Source: an uncultured Holophagales bacterium
Lineage (GTDB): Bacteria; Acidobacteriota; Thermoanaerobaculia; Multivoradales; UBA5704
NCBI GenBank assembly: GCA_963842525.1
Contig: CAWJGT010000006.1
Coordinates: 160,001 to 224,000 of the forward strand
Reading direction: 5' to 3'
Length of the DNA stretch: 64,000 nt
The notes below the pieces were generated by a model. It was not told the DNA's origin. It made no database searches and worked only from the letters and a program-made list of their open reading frames with translations. The position numbers were made by a program, and so were the translations under genes. Numbering within the stretch: the first letter of the stretch is position 1; the number at the start of each line of letters is the position of its first letter. Shown here piece by piece: positions 28,222-42,125 of the stretch.

Positions 28222-31200
28222 CTATTCGAAGTAGCCCACCACGTCGACGATCAGGTGCACGGTGCCGTCGCCCGCCATGAAGGGGGTGATCGCCAGGGTG
28301 CCGGCGCCGTTGGCGGCCAGCGGCAGGACGGCGTTGTTGGCGCGGGTCTGGCCGGCCGCGAAATTGAGGGTGCTGGTCGCCGGTATCGCGAGGTCACCGG
28401 GGTAGAGGGCCAGGTACCCGGCTTCGGTCGGCTGGATGACGGTCGCGTTGAGGGCGATCGTGCGGGCCGTTTCGGGGATGCCGCAGGCGCCGTGCAGGCT
28501 CACGATCCTGGTGACACCGGAAAAGAGCGCCGGGCCGCGGGTGTCGAGCAGCCGGCAGGCGGCGACCGTGTAGAAACGGCCGGGCTGGCCCATCCGGTAC
28601 ACGAAGACGTCCGGCAGGTTGTTGAAGTCGCTGTTCACCAGGTCCGAGCCGAGGCTCTCGAAGGCGATCGTGGTGCCGTCGGCGCTGATGCGGAAATCGG
28701 CGGAATTGCGGTTGGCCGCCCGCAGCGGAGAGACGAAGGTCCGGCTCACGATGCGGCTCGCTCCGGTTGGAACGTCGTACAGGAAGGCGTCCGCGGTGAA
28801 ATTGTCGTCGGCTGCGCCCGTCACCAGGTTGGAGGCGGAGCTGTCGTAGACGACATAGGAGCCGTCCGCGCTGACCGTGCCGCTGTTGGAGCCGCCGTTG
28901 CCCGTCTGGAGGGCGGACGAGCGTGCATGGCTGACCAGCGTCGTCGCGCCGGTCATCCGGTCGTGGAGGAAGACGTCGGTCGCCGCCAGGGAGGAGCCGT
29001 TGACGTCGCTCATCCCGGTCACGAGGTCCGTCGCCGAGCCGGAGAGCACGATCCGGCTCGCGCCGGCGCTGATGGACGTCAGGAACGAGCCGCCGTTGCC
29101 GGCCGTGACCGGCGAGCCGGGGACATGGCTGAGCAGGGTGATCGCCCCGGTGGCTCGTTCGAAGAGGAACACGTCGCCGCTGGCATTGCCGTCGATCTGG
29201 CCGGCCACGAGGTTGGTCGCCGGGCTGCCGAGGACGATCCAGGCGGCGTCGTGGCTCGGCAGGATCCCGAAGGTGCCGCGGTTGGCCGTTGTGGTGGCCG
29301 AGCCGCCGGCATGGCTGATCAGGGTCGTGGTGCCGGTGGCCCGCTCGTGGAGGAAGGCGTCGACGTCCGAGTTGGTGTCGGTCTGGCCGGCGACGAGGTT
29401 GGTCGCAAGGCTCTGGAAGACCAGGAATTGCCCGTCGCCGCTGAAGGTGGGGAATTCCGAACGGAACATGCCGGTCGTGGCCGGCGCGCCGGCCGCGTGG
29501 CTGACCAGGGTCGTCGTGCCGCCGGCCCGGTCATAGAGGAAGACGTCGCTGTTGGCGTTGGCGTCGGTCACGCCTGCCACCAGATCGGTCGCCCGGCTGT
29601 CGAAGGCGATGAAGGCGCCGTCGGCGGAGATCGCCGCCGATTCGCAGCGCCCGTTGCCGGCCGTCACGGGTGAGCCGGCGGCGTGGCTGACCAGGGTGGT
29701 CGTGCCCGCCACCCGGTCGTAGAGGAAGACGTCGAAGCCGAAGAAGGTGCCGGCGTTCGTGTCGATCTGCCCGGCCACCAGGTTCGTGGCATAGCTGATC
29801 AGGAGGATGTAGCGGCCGTCCGCGCTCATCGCGCCGCCGTAGGACTCGCCGTTCGCCGCGGTCGAGGGCGATCCGGCGGCATGGCTGACCAGGGTCGTCG
29901 TGCCGGTCTGCCGGTCGTAGAGGAACAGGTCGCCGCCGGGATTCGTGTCGACCTGGCCGGGGACGAGATGGATCGCGTCGCTGACGAAGGTGACGAAGCG
30001 GCCGTCGGCGCTCACCGCGGAGACTCTGCTCGTGCCGCTCGGCGAGAGCGACGGCAGTCCCGGGTCGCGCCGCGAGACCAGGGTATTGGTGGCCGCCGCG
30101 CGGTCGTAAAGGAACAGGTCGGCCGCGCGGTTGACGTCCAGCGTGCCGGTCACCAGATCCGTGGCGGCGCTGTAGAAGGCGATCGTGCCGGCGTCGCCGC
30201 TGAGAGCGGGGAGAGGGGAAAAGCCGTTGCCGGTGGCCGCCGGAAGGCCGGCCGCGTGGCTCACCACCGCCGTCGTGCCGGCGGCGCGGTCGTAGAGGAA
30301 GGCGTCGAGATCGCCATTGCCCTCCGTCTGGCCGCTCACCAGGTCGGTGGCCAGGCTGGCGAAGGCGACCCAGGCCCCGTCGGCGCTGATCTGGGGGACG
30401 GTCGATCTCATGTTCCCCGCCGTCACCGCGGAGCCGCCGGCATGGCTGACGAGGGTCACGGTCCCTGTGGCCCGCTCGAAGAGGAAGACGTCGTCGGAGG
30501 GAGGGGAGGTGGTATCCACCTGGCCGGGGACGAGGTTTGTGCCAGAGCTCACGAACGCGATCCAGCCGCCGTCCGTGCTCGCCTCGGATTGCTGGGTGCC
30601 GACACCGCCGGCAGCCGTGAGCGCGGAGCCCGCGGCATGGCTGACCAGCGCCGTGGTCCCCGAGGCACGGTCGTGCAGGAACAGGTCGACCGAATTGAAG
30701 GCGTCCACCTGCCCGGCCACGAGGTCGTTCGAGAAGCTCGCGAAGGCGATCTGGCCGCCGTCCGCGCTGATCCGGGCGTCGAGCGTCATCCCGTTGCCCG
30801 CGGTCGTGGCCGAGCCGCTCGCGTGGCTGACCAGGGTGAGGGTCCCGCCGCCGTACAGGAAGACGTCGCCGTGGAGGTTGGTGTCCGTGACGCCGGAGAT
30901 CAGGTTCGTGGCCTCGCTGACGAAGACGATCCAGGAGCCGTCGGCGCTCAGGTCCTGCCCGAACGAGCCGGCGTTGCCGGTCTGGGCGGCCGAGCCGGCC
31001 GCTCCGCTCAGGAGCGTGGTCGTGCCGCTGACACGGTCGTAGAGGAACACGTCGGCCCGGCCGTTCGCGTCACTCTGGCCGGAAACCAGGTTGGTCGCGT
31101 GGCTCTGGAAGACCATGTACCGGCCGTCGCCGCTGAGCCGCGGCGAATCCGAGGAGCCGTTGCCGGCTCCGGGCAGGCCTGCCGCATGGCTGACCAGGGT

Positions 31201-31680
31201 GACCGTCCCGGCGACGCGGTCGAAGAGAAAGATTTCGTTGACGCCATTGAAATCAGCCTGCCCGGCCACCAGGTTCGACGACGAGCTGGAGAACGCCACA
31301 TAGCTGCCGTCCGCGCTCACCGCGGGGCTCCAGGACACGCCGTTGCCCGCCGTCGCGCTCGTGCCGTCGACCCGGCTGACCAGGACCGTCGTGCCGGCGA
31401 CGCGGTCGTGGAGGAAGACATCGGCATCGAGGTTCGTGTCGTTCTGCCCGGCGGCCAGGTTCGGCGCGCTGCTGACGAAGGCGGTATAGCGCCCGTCCGC
31501 GCTCACCGAGGGGCGCGTGAAGGAGAGGAGAGTGCCGGTGCCGTCTGCGCCGGTGTCGGAGAGCAGGCCCGGATCAGCCTTCGAGATCAGCTCCACCTGG
31601 CTGGCCCAAGCCGGTAGCGCTATGGCGATCGCAATAGCGGTGGCAATCCCGGAGCCCCGGGTACGGTGCATTCGTGGCAT
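28222..31680 (-). CDS. Secreted TolB/PD40-like beta-propeller repeat protein
   Basis: Signal peptide; about 15 repeats of ISADG..VAF.S.ATNLV.GQ.D.N...DVFLYDR..GTTTLVSH; C-terminal CRLLDTR domain. Confidence 0.88.
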   Translation of the reverse strand: MPRMHRTRGSGIATAIAIAIALPAWASQVELISKADPGLLSDTGADGTGTLLSFTRPSVSADGRYTAFVSSAPNLAAGQNDTNLDADVFLHDRVAGTTVLVSRVDGTSATAGNGVSWSPAVSADGSYVAFSSSSSNLVAGQADFNGVNEIFLFDRVAGTVTLVSHAAGLPGAGNGSSDSPRLSGDGRYMVFQSHATNLVSGQSDANGRADVFLYDRVSGTTTLLSGAAGSAAQTGNAGSFGQDLSADGSWIVFVSEATNLISGVTDTNLHGDVFLYGGGTLTLVSHASGSATTAGNGMTLDARISADGGQIAFASFSNDLVAGQVDAFNSVDLFLHDRASGTTALVSHAAGSALTAAGGVGTQQSEASTDGGWIAFVSSGTNLVPGQVDTTSPPSDDVFLFERATGTVTLVSHAGGSAVTAGNMRSTVPQISADGAWVAFASLATDLVSGQTEGNGDLDAFLYDRAAGTTAVVSHAAGLPAATGNGFSPLPALSGDAGTIAFYSAATDLVTGTLDVNRAADLFLYDRAAATNTLVSRRDPGLPSLSPSGTSRVSAVSADGRFVTFVSDAIHLVPGQVDTNPGGDLFLYDRQTGTTTLVSHAAGSPSTAANGESYGGAMSADGRYILLISYATNLVAGQIDTNAGTFFGFDVFLYDRVAGTTTLVSHAAGSPVTAGNGRCESAAISADGAFIAFDSRATDLVAGVTDANANSDVFLYDRAGGTTTLVSHAAGAPATTGMFRSEFPTFSGDGQFLVFQSLATNLVAGQTDTNSDVDAFLHERATGTTTLISHAGGSATTTANRGTFGILPSHDAAWIVLGSPATNLVAGQIDGNASGDVFLFERATGAITLLSHVPGSPVTAGNGGSFLTSISAGASRIVLSGSATDLVTGMSDVNGSSLAATDVFLHDRMTGATTLVSHARSSALQTGNGGSNSGTVSADGSYVVYDSSASNLVTGAADDNFTADAFLYDVPTGASRIVSRTFVSPLRAANRNSADFRISADGTTIAFESLGSDLVNSDFNNLPDVFVYRMGQPGRFYTVAACRLLDTRGPALFSGVTRIVSLHGACGIPETARTIALNATVIQPTEAGYLALYPGDLAIPATSTLNFAAGQTRANNAVLPLAANGAGTLAITPFMAGDGTVHLIVDVVGYFE

Positions 31681-31796
31681 GTGTCCTCCTCGCCCGGTTC
31701 AGAGCGGTTTTGGACACATTCTAGCTCCCTAGCTCAAACCCAGAGCCGCAAGCGACGGGGCCGTCGCAACCGCGGTGCTCAGCTCCACGATCGCCT

Positions 31797-32208
31797 GGAC
31801 AGTTCGCCCCGGTCTGCCGCTGTCCACCAGGCGTGAACGGACAGTCTGTCCCGATCTCGCGGCGTTGACCGGACCTGCAGGGACAGCTCGACCTGGTCGT
31901 ACGCTCTCTACCGGTGCGGAACGGACAGTCGGCCCCGGTTCGTACGCTGCGACCTGTCCGGGTCGGAGGGTTGATGGCCCGGAGGAAACCGTCCGACCTG
32001 TGCCGTGAACCGTCCGACCCGCGCCGTTCACCGTCCGACCTGCACGAGAAACCGTCCGACCCGCACCGTCGACTGTCCGACCTTCGCTGGAGACCGTCCG
32101 ACCTGCACCGCCAACTGTCCGACCTTCAGGAAAAACCGTCCGACCCCCAGGGCGAACTGTCCGTGGACCGCGGGTGCTCGCGGCAGAACCAGGGCCAACT
32201 GTCCGCTT
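31797..32208. repeat. 21-bp-period degenerate tandem array
   Basis: AC(C/T)GTCCGACC at 31988, 32009, 32030, 32051, 32072, 32093, 32114, 32135; GGACAG at 42-bp period from 31797. Confidence 0.85.
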
Positions 32209-32233
32209 TGGAGGCCAGGAGGCCTCCGTCACC

Positions 32234-32277
32234 TTGTACGGGCGGGCCATTTGGCAGTAGAATGCGTGCCAGTTGGC
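32234..32277 (+). promoter_or_regulatory. TA promoter with two palindromic operators
   Basis: TTGTAC-18-TAGAAT; GCCATTTGGC 32246-32255 and GCCAGTTGGC 32268-32277. Confidence 0.6.
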
Positions 32278-32290
32278 GAAGGAGGTTCGG

Positions 32291-32722
32291 ATGCCTGCCA
32301 CGTCGGTGATCGTTGAAGCATTGGGCGGTCGAGAGAGCCGGAGCGGTCCGGTGCGCTCTCCGGAAGAGCTGAAGGAGTGGATCCGCGAGGGACTGCCATT
32401 CACCTCGCTAGAGCGGGTGATGGAGCGGTTCGGGCTGAGCCGGGAAGAGATCTCCTCGACCCTCGACCTGCCTCTGCGGACGCTGGCGCGGCGCAAGCAG
32501 GAGCGGCGGCTCCATCGCGATGAGTCGGACCGGCTCTTCCGTCTCGTCCGGATCGCGGCCCAGGCGACGGAGACGCTGGGCGACGACTCCGGCAAGCGGT
32601 GGCTCCACACCCCGAACAGGGCGCTCGGCGGCCAGCGCCCGCTCGACCTGCTCGATACGGACCTCGGGTCGCGGCAGGTCGAGGAGGTCCTGGGCCGGAT
32701 CGAGCACGGCGTCTATAGCTGA
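32291..32722 (+). CDS. Xre/MbcA/ParS-family antitoxin
   Basis: IREGLP, RTLARRK, ESDRLFR, WLHTPNRALGG..PLDLL, RIEHGVYS. Confidence 0.92.
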   Translation: MPATSVIVEALGGRESRSGPVRSPEELKEWIREGLPFTSLERVMERFGLSREEISSTLDLPLRTLARRKQERRLHRDESDRLFRLVRIAAQATETLGDDSGKRWLHTPNRALGGQRPLDLLDTDLGSRQVEEVLGRIEHGVYS

Positions 32723-33204
32723 TGGCCGAGCCCTCATGGACGGTCTGGCGGATCACCCCGGCCCGCCATGCCGGCCATGCCTTCGACGGGGAAGGCGCAC
32801 GCCTCTGGGGCGGGCGATGGAACCATCCCGGGACCGCCCTCGTCTACTGCTCCGCGGCTCTCTCCCTTGCGGTCCTGGAGTATTTCGTCCACCTCGAGCC
32901 GGGGCTGGCCCCCGGAGCCCTGGTGGCGATCCCGGCCGAGATTCCGGACCGCATGGGGCGTGACGAGATCGACTCGGCCATCCTGCCGGCCGACTGGCGC
33001 TCCTATCCAGCTCCCGAGAGCGTGAAGGATCTGGGGACCGTCTGGATGAAGTCGGGCCGGACCGCCGTGCTTCGGGTCCCCTCCGTGGTGATTCCCCGCG
33101 AGACGAACGTCCTGCTCAACCCGGCACACCCCGACTTCGCCAGCATCCGGATCGGCAGCCCCGAGCCGTTTTCGTTCGATCCGCGGATGTGGAAGCCTGG
33201 GTAG
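32722..33204 (+). CDS. RES-domain toxin
   Basis: FDGEGARLWGGRWN, LAVLE, VPSVV, NVLLNPAHPDF. Confidence 0.93.
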   Translation: MAEPSWTVWRITPARHAGHAFDGEGARLWGGRWNHPGTALVYCSAALSLAVLEYFVHLEPGLAPGALVAIPAEIPDRMGRDEIDSAILPADWRSYPAPESVKDLGTVWMKSGRTAVLRVPSVVIPRETNVLLNPAHPDFASIRIGSPEPFSFDPRMWKPG

Positions 33205-33328
33205 CCCAGAGTCACAGTGAGCGGCCGCCCGGGCGTGGCGTGCTGCGCTCCTCTCCCGGCTCGCTTGACCCGCCCTGCCGCACCCCTCCTGAAGAGACCC
33301 TGTCTGCTTTTCTAGAGGAGATACCGCG

Positions 33329-33613
33329 ATGTCGAAGCGCATTGGTGTGGTCTTCGTTCTGCTCCTGACAGCGATCGTTCCTTGCCTGGTTGCCCAGGAG
33401 GCGCCCCAGGAGCTGCCCCGGATCGTCTCGGTCCTGGGAGACCCCGCGCCCGGGGAGGTCCGTTTTCGGCTGACGGAAGCGCAGCTCGAGAACGTGGGGA
33501 TTCCGGAGGTCGCCTACACCGAGGAGGACCGCTTCGTGGCGGATCTGGCGGAGGTGGGGCTGCGCGTCCGGCCGTTCGTGCTTGCCATCCTCGATCGTGA
33601 CGGATCCACGTAG
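33329..33613 (+). CDS. Small exported hypothetical protein
   Basis: SD GAGGAG and signal peptide. Confidence 0.5.
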   Translation: MSKRIGVVFVLLLTAIVPCLVAQEAPQELPRIVSVLGDPAPGEVRFRLTEAQLENVGIPEVAYTEEDRFVADLAEVGLRVRPFVLAILDRDGST

Positions 33614-33705
33614 CAAGGGCGGCTCCGGGGTGAAGTCGATTCTGCATGCTTTCTCCTTGGGCGTTTGCGCTTCTGGTTCCCGGAGTCGGTGTATCCAGTT
33701 GAGAG

Positions 33706-33819
33706 GACGGCGAGACGGTGTACCGCAACGGCCGGCCGGTCGCTGACATCGTTCCGGTCAAGACGGCAATGCCGGCCTGGAAGAAGCCGCCTCGGACCGT
33801 GCTCTCCCTGGACGTCTAA
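33706..33819 (+). pseudogene. Phd/YefM-type antitoxin remnant
   Basis: Hand translation DGETVYRNGRPVADIVPVKTAMPAWKKP; no start visible. Confidence 0.55.
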
Positions 33820-34007
33820 GCCTCGGCGATGAGGTCCTGGCTGACCGCGACGAGAATCGATGAGATTCTTTTTCGACACCTCCGCGCTGGCCCTCGGCCG
33901 CTTCCCGCAGCAGGGCTCCCTGGGCTTCTCCTCGACGGCGTCGAAGAAGGCTTGGCATGGTTCCTGAGCTTGGTGAAGGTGGTTTCGCGCATGCCGCCAT
34001 TCTCTCA

Positions 34008-34245
34008 GAGGGTGTTTGGAAATTGAGTCCCGCAGGGACGGACGGAATTAGCCCGGGCATTCATGCCCGGGAAGGGAAGGCCAACCCCCCCCATCCAGCC
34101 CCGTCAGGGGCGGCAGGAGGCCCCTGCCAGCCGGATTCCTGTCGCCCCTCGCGGGGCTCCGGGAATTTGGATGCTTGATTCCCGGGCATGAATGCCCGGG
34201 CTAATCTCGGCCGCCCCTCGCGGGGCTGATTTTCCAGACACCCTC
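34008..34245. mobile_element. MITE with the same ends carrying family-B palindrome
   Basis: GAGGGTGTTTGGAAA ... TTTCCAGACACCCTC; interior homologous to 56024-56231. Confidence 0.8.
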
Positions 34246-34379
34246 TCGGGCCCGGAAGGACTCTGTCCATCGATCTGTACACTGCTGTGACTTCGTCGGC
34301 CTTGCGCGAGGCGCCCCGGGTTCGTTGGCCAGGATGCGCTGACGGAGAGGTGGTCCAGCGCCATGCTATCGTGACGTCC

Positions 34380-34623
34380 ATGGCCGATCCTTCGCAGCGT
34401 CCGCCCGATGTCCCGGAGCTGGCATCGGACCCGTTGCCGCTGGAGGAATCTCCTGCTGCGATCGCCCGCGAAGAGCCACAGCCAACCCCCCTTCCCGCCA
34501 TCGAGCTGAAACTCTCGCAGGCGTCGCCCCCGACCACCTGGCGCCGTGAAGAGATCTACGGCGATGACGGACGATAAGACGGTCCTCGGCGATACCAACG
34601 TCCTCCTGTCCGCAACGGCCCCC
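34380..34623 (+). pseudogene. VapB-like antitoxin plus truncated PIN toxin
   Basis: ..TWRREEIYGDDGR* overlapping MTDDKTVLGDTNVLLSATAP, which then loses PIN similarity. Confidence 0.6.
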
Positions 34624-34733
34624 ATCGTCCTCTTCATCGCGCAGCCCTCGCGGAATGAGGGGCAATCGGGAATCCCCGCCCCCACCAATCCTGTTGTACA
34701 ATTACGCCTCTCTTTCACCAGGAGGCGTAGATC

Positions 34734-39257
<4,524 letters not shown>

Positions 39258-39299
39258 GGGCGTAGGGGGGGTATACTGGCGGCATGAGCCGAGTGGCCG

Positions 39300-39791
39300 G
39301 CTTTCTGGAGCAGCCTCGCGGTCGGTCTGATCTGGGCTCTGTGGCACCTTCCGAACTTCTTCCTTTCGGGTTTTCCGCACCAGGATCTTCCATTCGCGGC
39401 CTTCGTCCTGACCGTCGTGTCTTACTCCGTTCTGTTCACATGGTTGTATGCCAGGACGGATGGAAACCTCCTGGTGGCCGTCGTGTTCCATGCCGCGTTG
39501 AACCTGTTCTCGGTCGCAGGGCTCGATCCCGCGCGGCAGTCCTGGTGGCGGGCGCTGGTGTATGGGCTTGTCGCCCTCCTGCTGATCGCGACCGGTGGTC
39601 TGCGCAGCGGTGAGGGAGAGGCCAGCGGGCAGACGTTTGAGGATCTAGAGGCGGGCACGGCGACGACGAAAGATGGGCATGTGCAACACTTCGAGGGGCA
39701 CTACGTATTGAGGCGGTCTGTCGTCGACGGAGCCTCGGCGGAGCAGCGGGCATGGCACATCCACTCGGCCGATATCAACAAGCTGAAATAG
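39300..39791 (+). pseudogene. CPBP (CAAX/Abi) protease 3' fragment fused to an unrelated tail
   Basis: LIWALWHLP..WLYARTDGNLLVAVVFHAALN without the N-terminal EE motif. Confidence 0.65.
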
Positions 39792-39826
39792 AGGATCCGG
39801 ATCTCGGCGAAGCACGGGAGGTGCAC

Positions 39827-41107
39827 GTGGTGGGCGCTACGCAGGACCCCGCTTGGGGGCCTGTCAAGCGGCTCCTGTTCCGGCTCGCCTTCGCCTACCT
39901 GCTCCTCTACAACCTGCCGTTCCCTCTGTACTCCATCCCCTATGTCGGGGTCGTCGCCGACCCCTATGCCGAGCTCTGGAACAAGCTCGTGCCCTGGGTC
40001 GGAAAGCAGGCCTTCGGACTCGACATCAACGTCGTGCCCAATGGCAGCGGAGACACGACGTTCAACTACGTGCAGGTTTTTTGTTTTCTGGTCCTGGCGG
40101 TGATCGCGGCAGGGGTCTGGACTCTGCTCGACAGGCGGCGGCCCAACTATGCGCGGCTCCAGGAGTGGCTGCGGGTCTACATCCGCTTCGCGCTGGCGGT
40201 GGCGATGATCACCTACGGTGCGATCAAAGTGATCAAATCGCAGTTCCCCGCTCCCACCCTCGACCGGCTCATGGAAACGTACGGCGATTCCTCGCCGATG
40301 GGGCTCCTGTGGACGTTCATGGGGGCGTCGGCGAGCTACAGCGCGTTCACTGGCGCGTCCGAGATGCTCGGCGGCCTGCTCCTGACCGTCCGCCGGACCA
40401 CTCTGTTGGGCGCGCTGGTGTCCGCCGGCGTCATGACCAACGTGGTGATGTTGAACTTCAGCTACGACGTGCCGGTCAAGCTCTATTCGCTGCATCTGCT
40501 CGCGATGGCGGTCTTCCTGGCCGCTCCGGACCTGCGGCGGCTCGCCGATCTGTTCCTGCTCAACCGCAAGGTGGAGCCGGCTCCGGTCAGGCCGCTCTTC
40601 GCGCGCAAGGGGCTCGACCGCGGCGCCCTGGTCCTCCGCACGGTCTGCGTGGTCGGCTTCGTCGCGATGTCCCTGGTCCAGGCCAGCCAGACGCGCAGGC
40701 TCTACGGCGAGCTCGCTCCCAAGTCGCCGCTGTACGGCATCTGGAACGTCGAGCGGTTCGAGGTCGACGGGGTGGTCCGGCCGCCAACAGGCACAGAGCC
40801 GGACCAGTGGCGGCGGCTGATCTTCGATGTTCCGCGCCGGTTCGCCATCCAGACCCCTGTCGAGTCCCGCCGGCGCTACTTCCTGGAGCTGGATCCCATC
40901 GCGAGACAGCTCGTGTTGACCACGATTGAGGACCCGGACTGGAAGGCGACGCTTTCCTATAAGAAGCTCGGGCCGGATCTCCTTGCGCTCGAAGGGCCGA
41001 TCGACGGCCGGAAGATCCGGGCGATGGCCCGCCGGGCTCCGACGCCCGAGTTCCTGCTCGTCAACCGCGGCTTCCACTGGATCAACGAGTACCCCTTCAA
41101 CCGGTAG
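39827..41107 (+). CDS. DoxX-like membrane protein
   Basis: NGSGDTT, YGAIK...QFP, SPMGLLWTFMG, NFSYDVPVK. Confidence 0.8.
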   Translation: MVGATQDPAWGPVKRLLFRLAFAYLLLYNLPFPLYSIPYVGVVADPYAELWNKLVPWVGKQAFGLDINVVPNGSGDTTFNYVQVFCFLVLAVIAAGVWTLLDRRRPNYARLQEWLRVYIRFALAVAMITYGAIKVIKSQFPAPTLDRLMETYGDSSPMGLLWTFMGASASYSAFTGASEMLGGLLLTVRRTTLLGALVSAGVMTNVVMLNFSYDVPVKLYSLHLLAMAVFLAAPDLRRLADLFLLNRKVEPAPVRPLFARKGLDRGALVLRTVCVVGFVAMSLVQASQTRRLYGELAPKSPLYGIWNVERFEVDGVVRPPTGTEPDQWRRLIFDVPRRFAIQTPVESRRRYFLELDPIARQLVLTTIEDPDWKATLSYKKLGPDLLALEGPIDGRKIRAMARRAPTPEFLLVNRGFHWINEYPFNR

Positions 41108-42095
41108 TCTGATCGATCCCGGTCACGAGCTGGCCGAAGCGCTCGAGGTCGACGTTGCCGCCGGAGAGGACGACGCCGATGCGGCGGCCGGCTGCGTCCG
41201 GCACCTTGCCATGGAGGAGGGCGGCGAAAGCTGCAGAGCCCCCGGGCTCGACGACGACCTTCAGGCGTGAAGCGAGGAGCGCCATGGCCCGCCGCAGCTC
41301 GAGGTCGCTGACGGTGAGGATGCCTTCGGTCAGCGCGCGGACATGGGCGAGGGTACGCCGCGACGGGCTCAGGGTCTGGAGCGCGTCGGCGATGGTGGCC
41401 GGCAGGGGGATGGTCACAGGCTCGCCTCGCTCGACCGAGAGCTGCACGTCATTGCCGGCCTCGGGCTCGACGCCCCAGAGGCGAATCTCCGGCCGCAACG
41501 CCCGGGCTACCACGGCGCAGCCGGAGAGGAGGCCGCCGCCACCGCAGGGAGTCAGGAGGACGTCCAGATCCGGCACCTCCTCCAGCAGCTCCAGCGCCAC
41601 CGTTCCCTGGCCGGCGATGACCGCGTCGTCGTCGAACGGAGGCACCAGGGTCGCCCCCTGCTCTTCGACGAACCGGCGCGCGATGGCCTCCCGGTCCTCG
41701 CCGCCGAGGCGGTCGTAGAGGATGACATCGGCGCCGTAGCCGCGGGTCGCCTCTGCCTTGAGGGCCGGGGCGTCCCGCGGCATGACGATGGTGGCGTGGA
41801 TCCCCAATTCGCGAGCGGCGAGGGCGACCGCCTGGGCGTGGTTGCCCGACGAGAAGGCCACCACGCCGCGCCGCCGCTCGTCCGGCGAGAGCAGCGTCAG
41901 CCGCGAGAACGCCCCGCGGGCCTTGAAGGCTCCGACCCGCTGGAAGACCTCGCACTTGAAAAAGACGCGGGCGCCGACGAGCGCATCGATCTGCCGTGAT
42001 GTGAGGACAGGGGTGCGATGGACGTATGGCGCGATCCGCTGGCGCGCGGCCTGGATGTCTTCGAAAGTGACGGACAGGGACGGGGAAGAGGTCAT
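41097..42095 (-). CDS. PLP-dependent serine/threonine dehydratase family
   Basis: FQRVGAFKARG, SSGNHAQ, GGGGLLSG, LSGGNVD. Confidence 0.93.
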   Translation of the reverse strand: MTSSPSLSVTFEDIQAARQRIAPYVHRTPVLTSRQIDALVGARVFFKCEVFQRVGAFKARGAFSRLTLLSPDERRRGVVAFSSGNHAQAVALAARELGIHATIVMPRDAPALKAEATRGYGADVILYDRLGGEDREAIARRFVEEQGATLVPPFDDDAVIAGQGTVALELLEEVPDLDVLLTPCGGGGLLSGCAVVARALRPEIRLWGVEPEAGNDVQLSVERGEPVTIPLPATIADALQTLSPSRRTLAHVRALTEGILTVSDLELRRAMALLASRLKVVVEPGGSAAFAALLHGKVPDAAGRRIGVVLSGGNVDLERFGQLVTGIDQTTG

Positions 42096-42125
42096 GGGCC
42101 AGGTCGCTTGCCTGATCCGTGAGGA

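Noticed and set aside
31988-32166. Mini-CRISPR
   Set aside because: 11-bp core and 10-bp spacers are far below CRISPR dimensions; no cas genes
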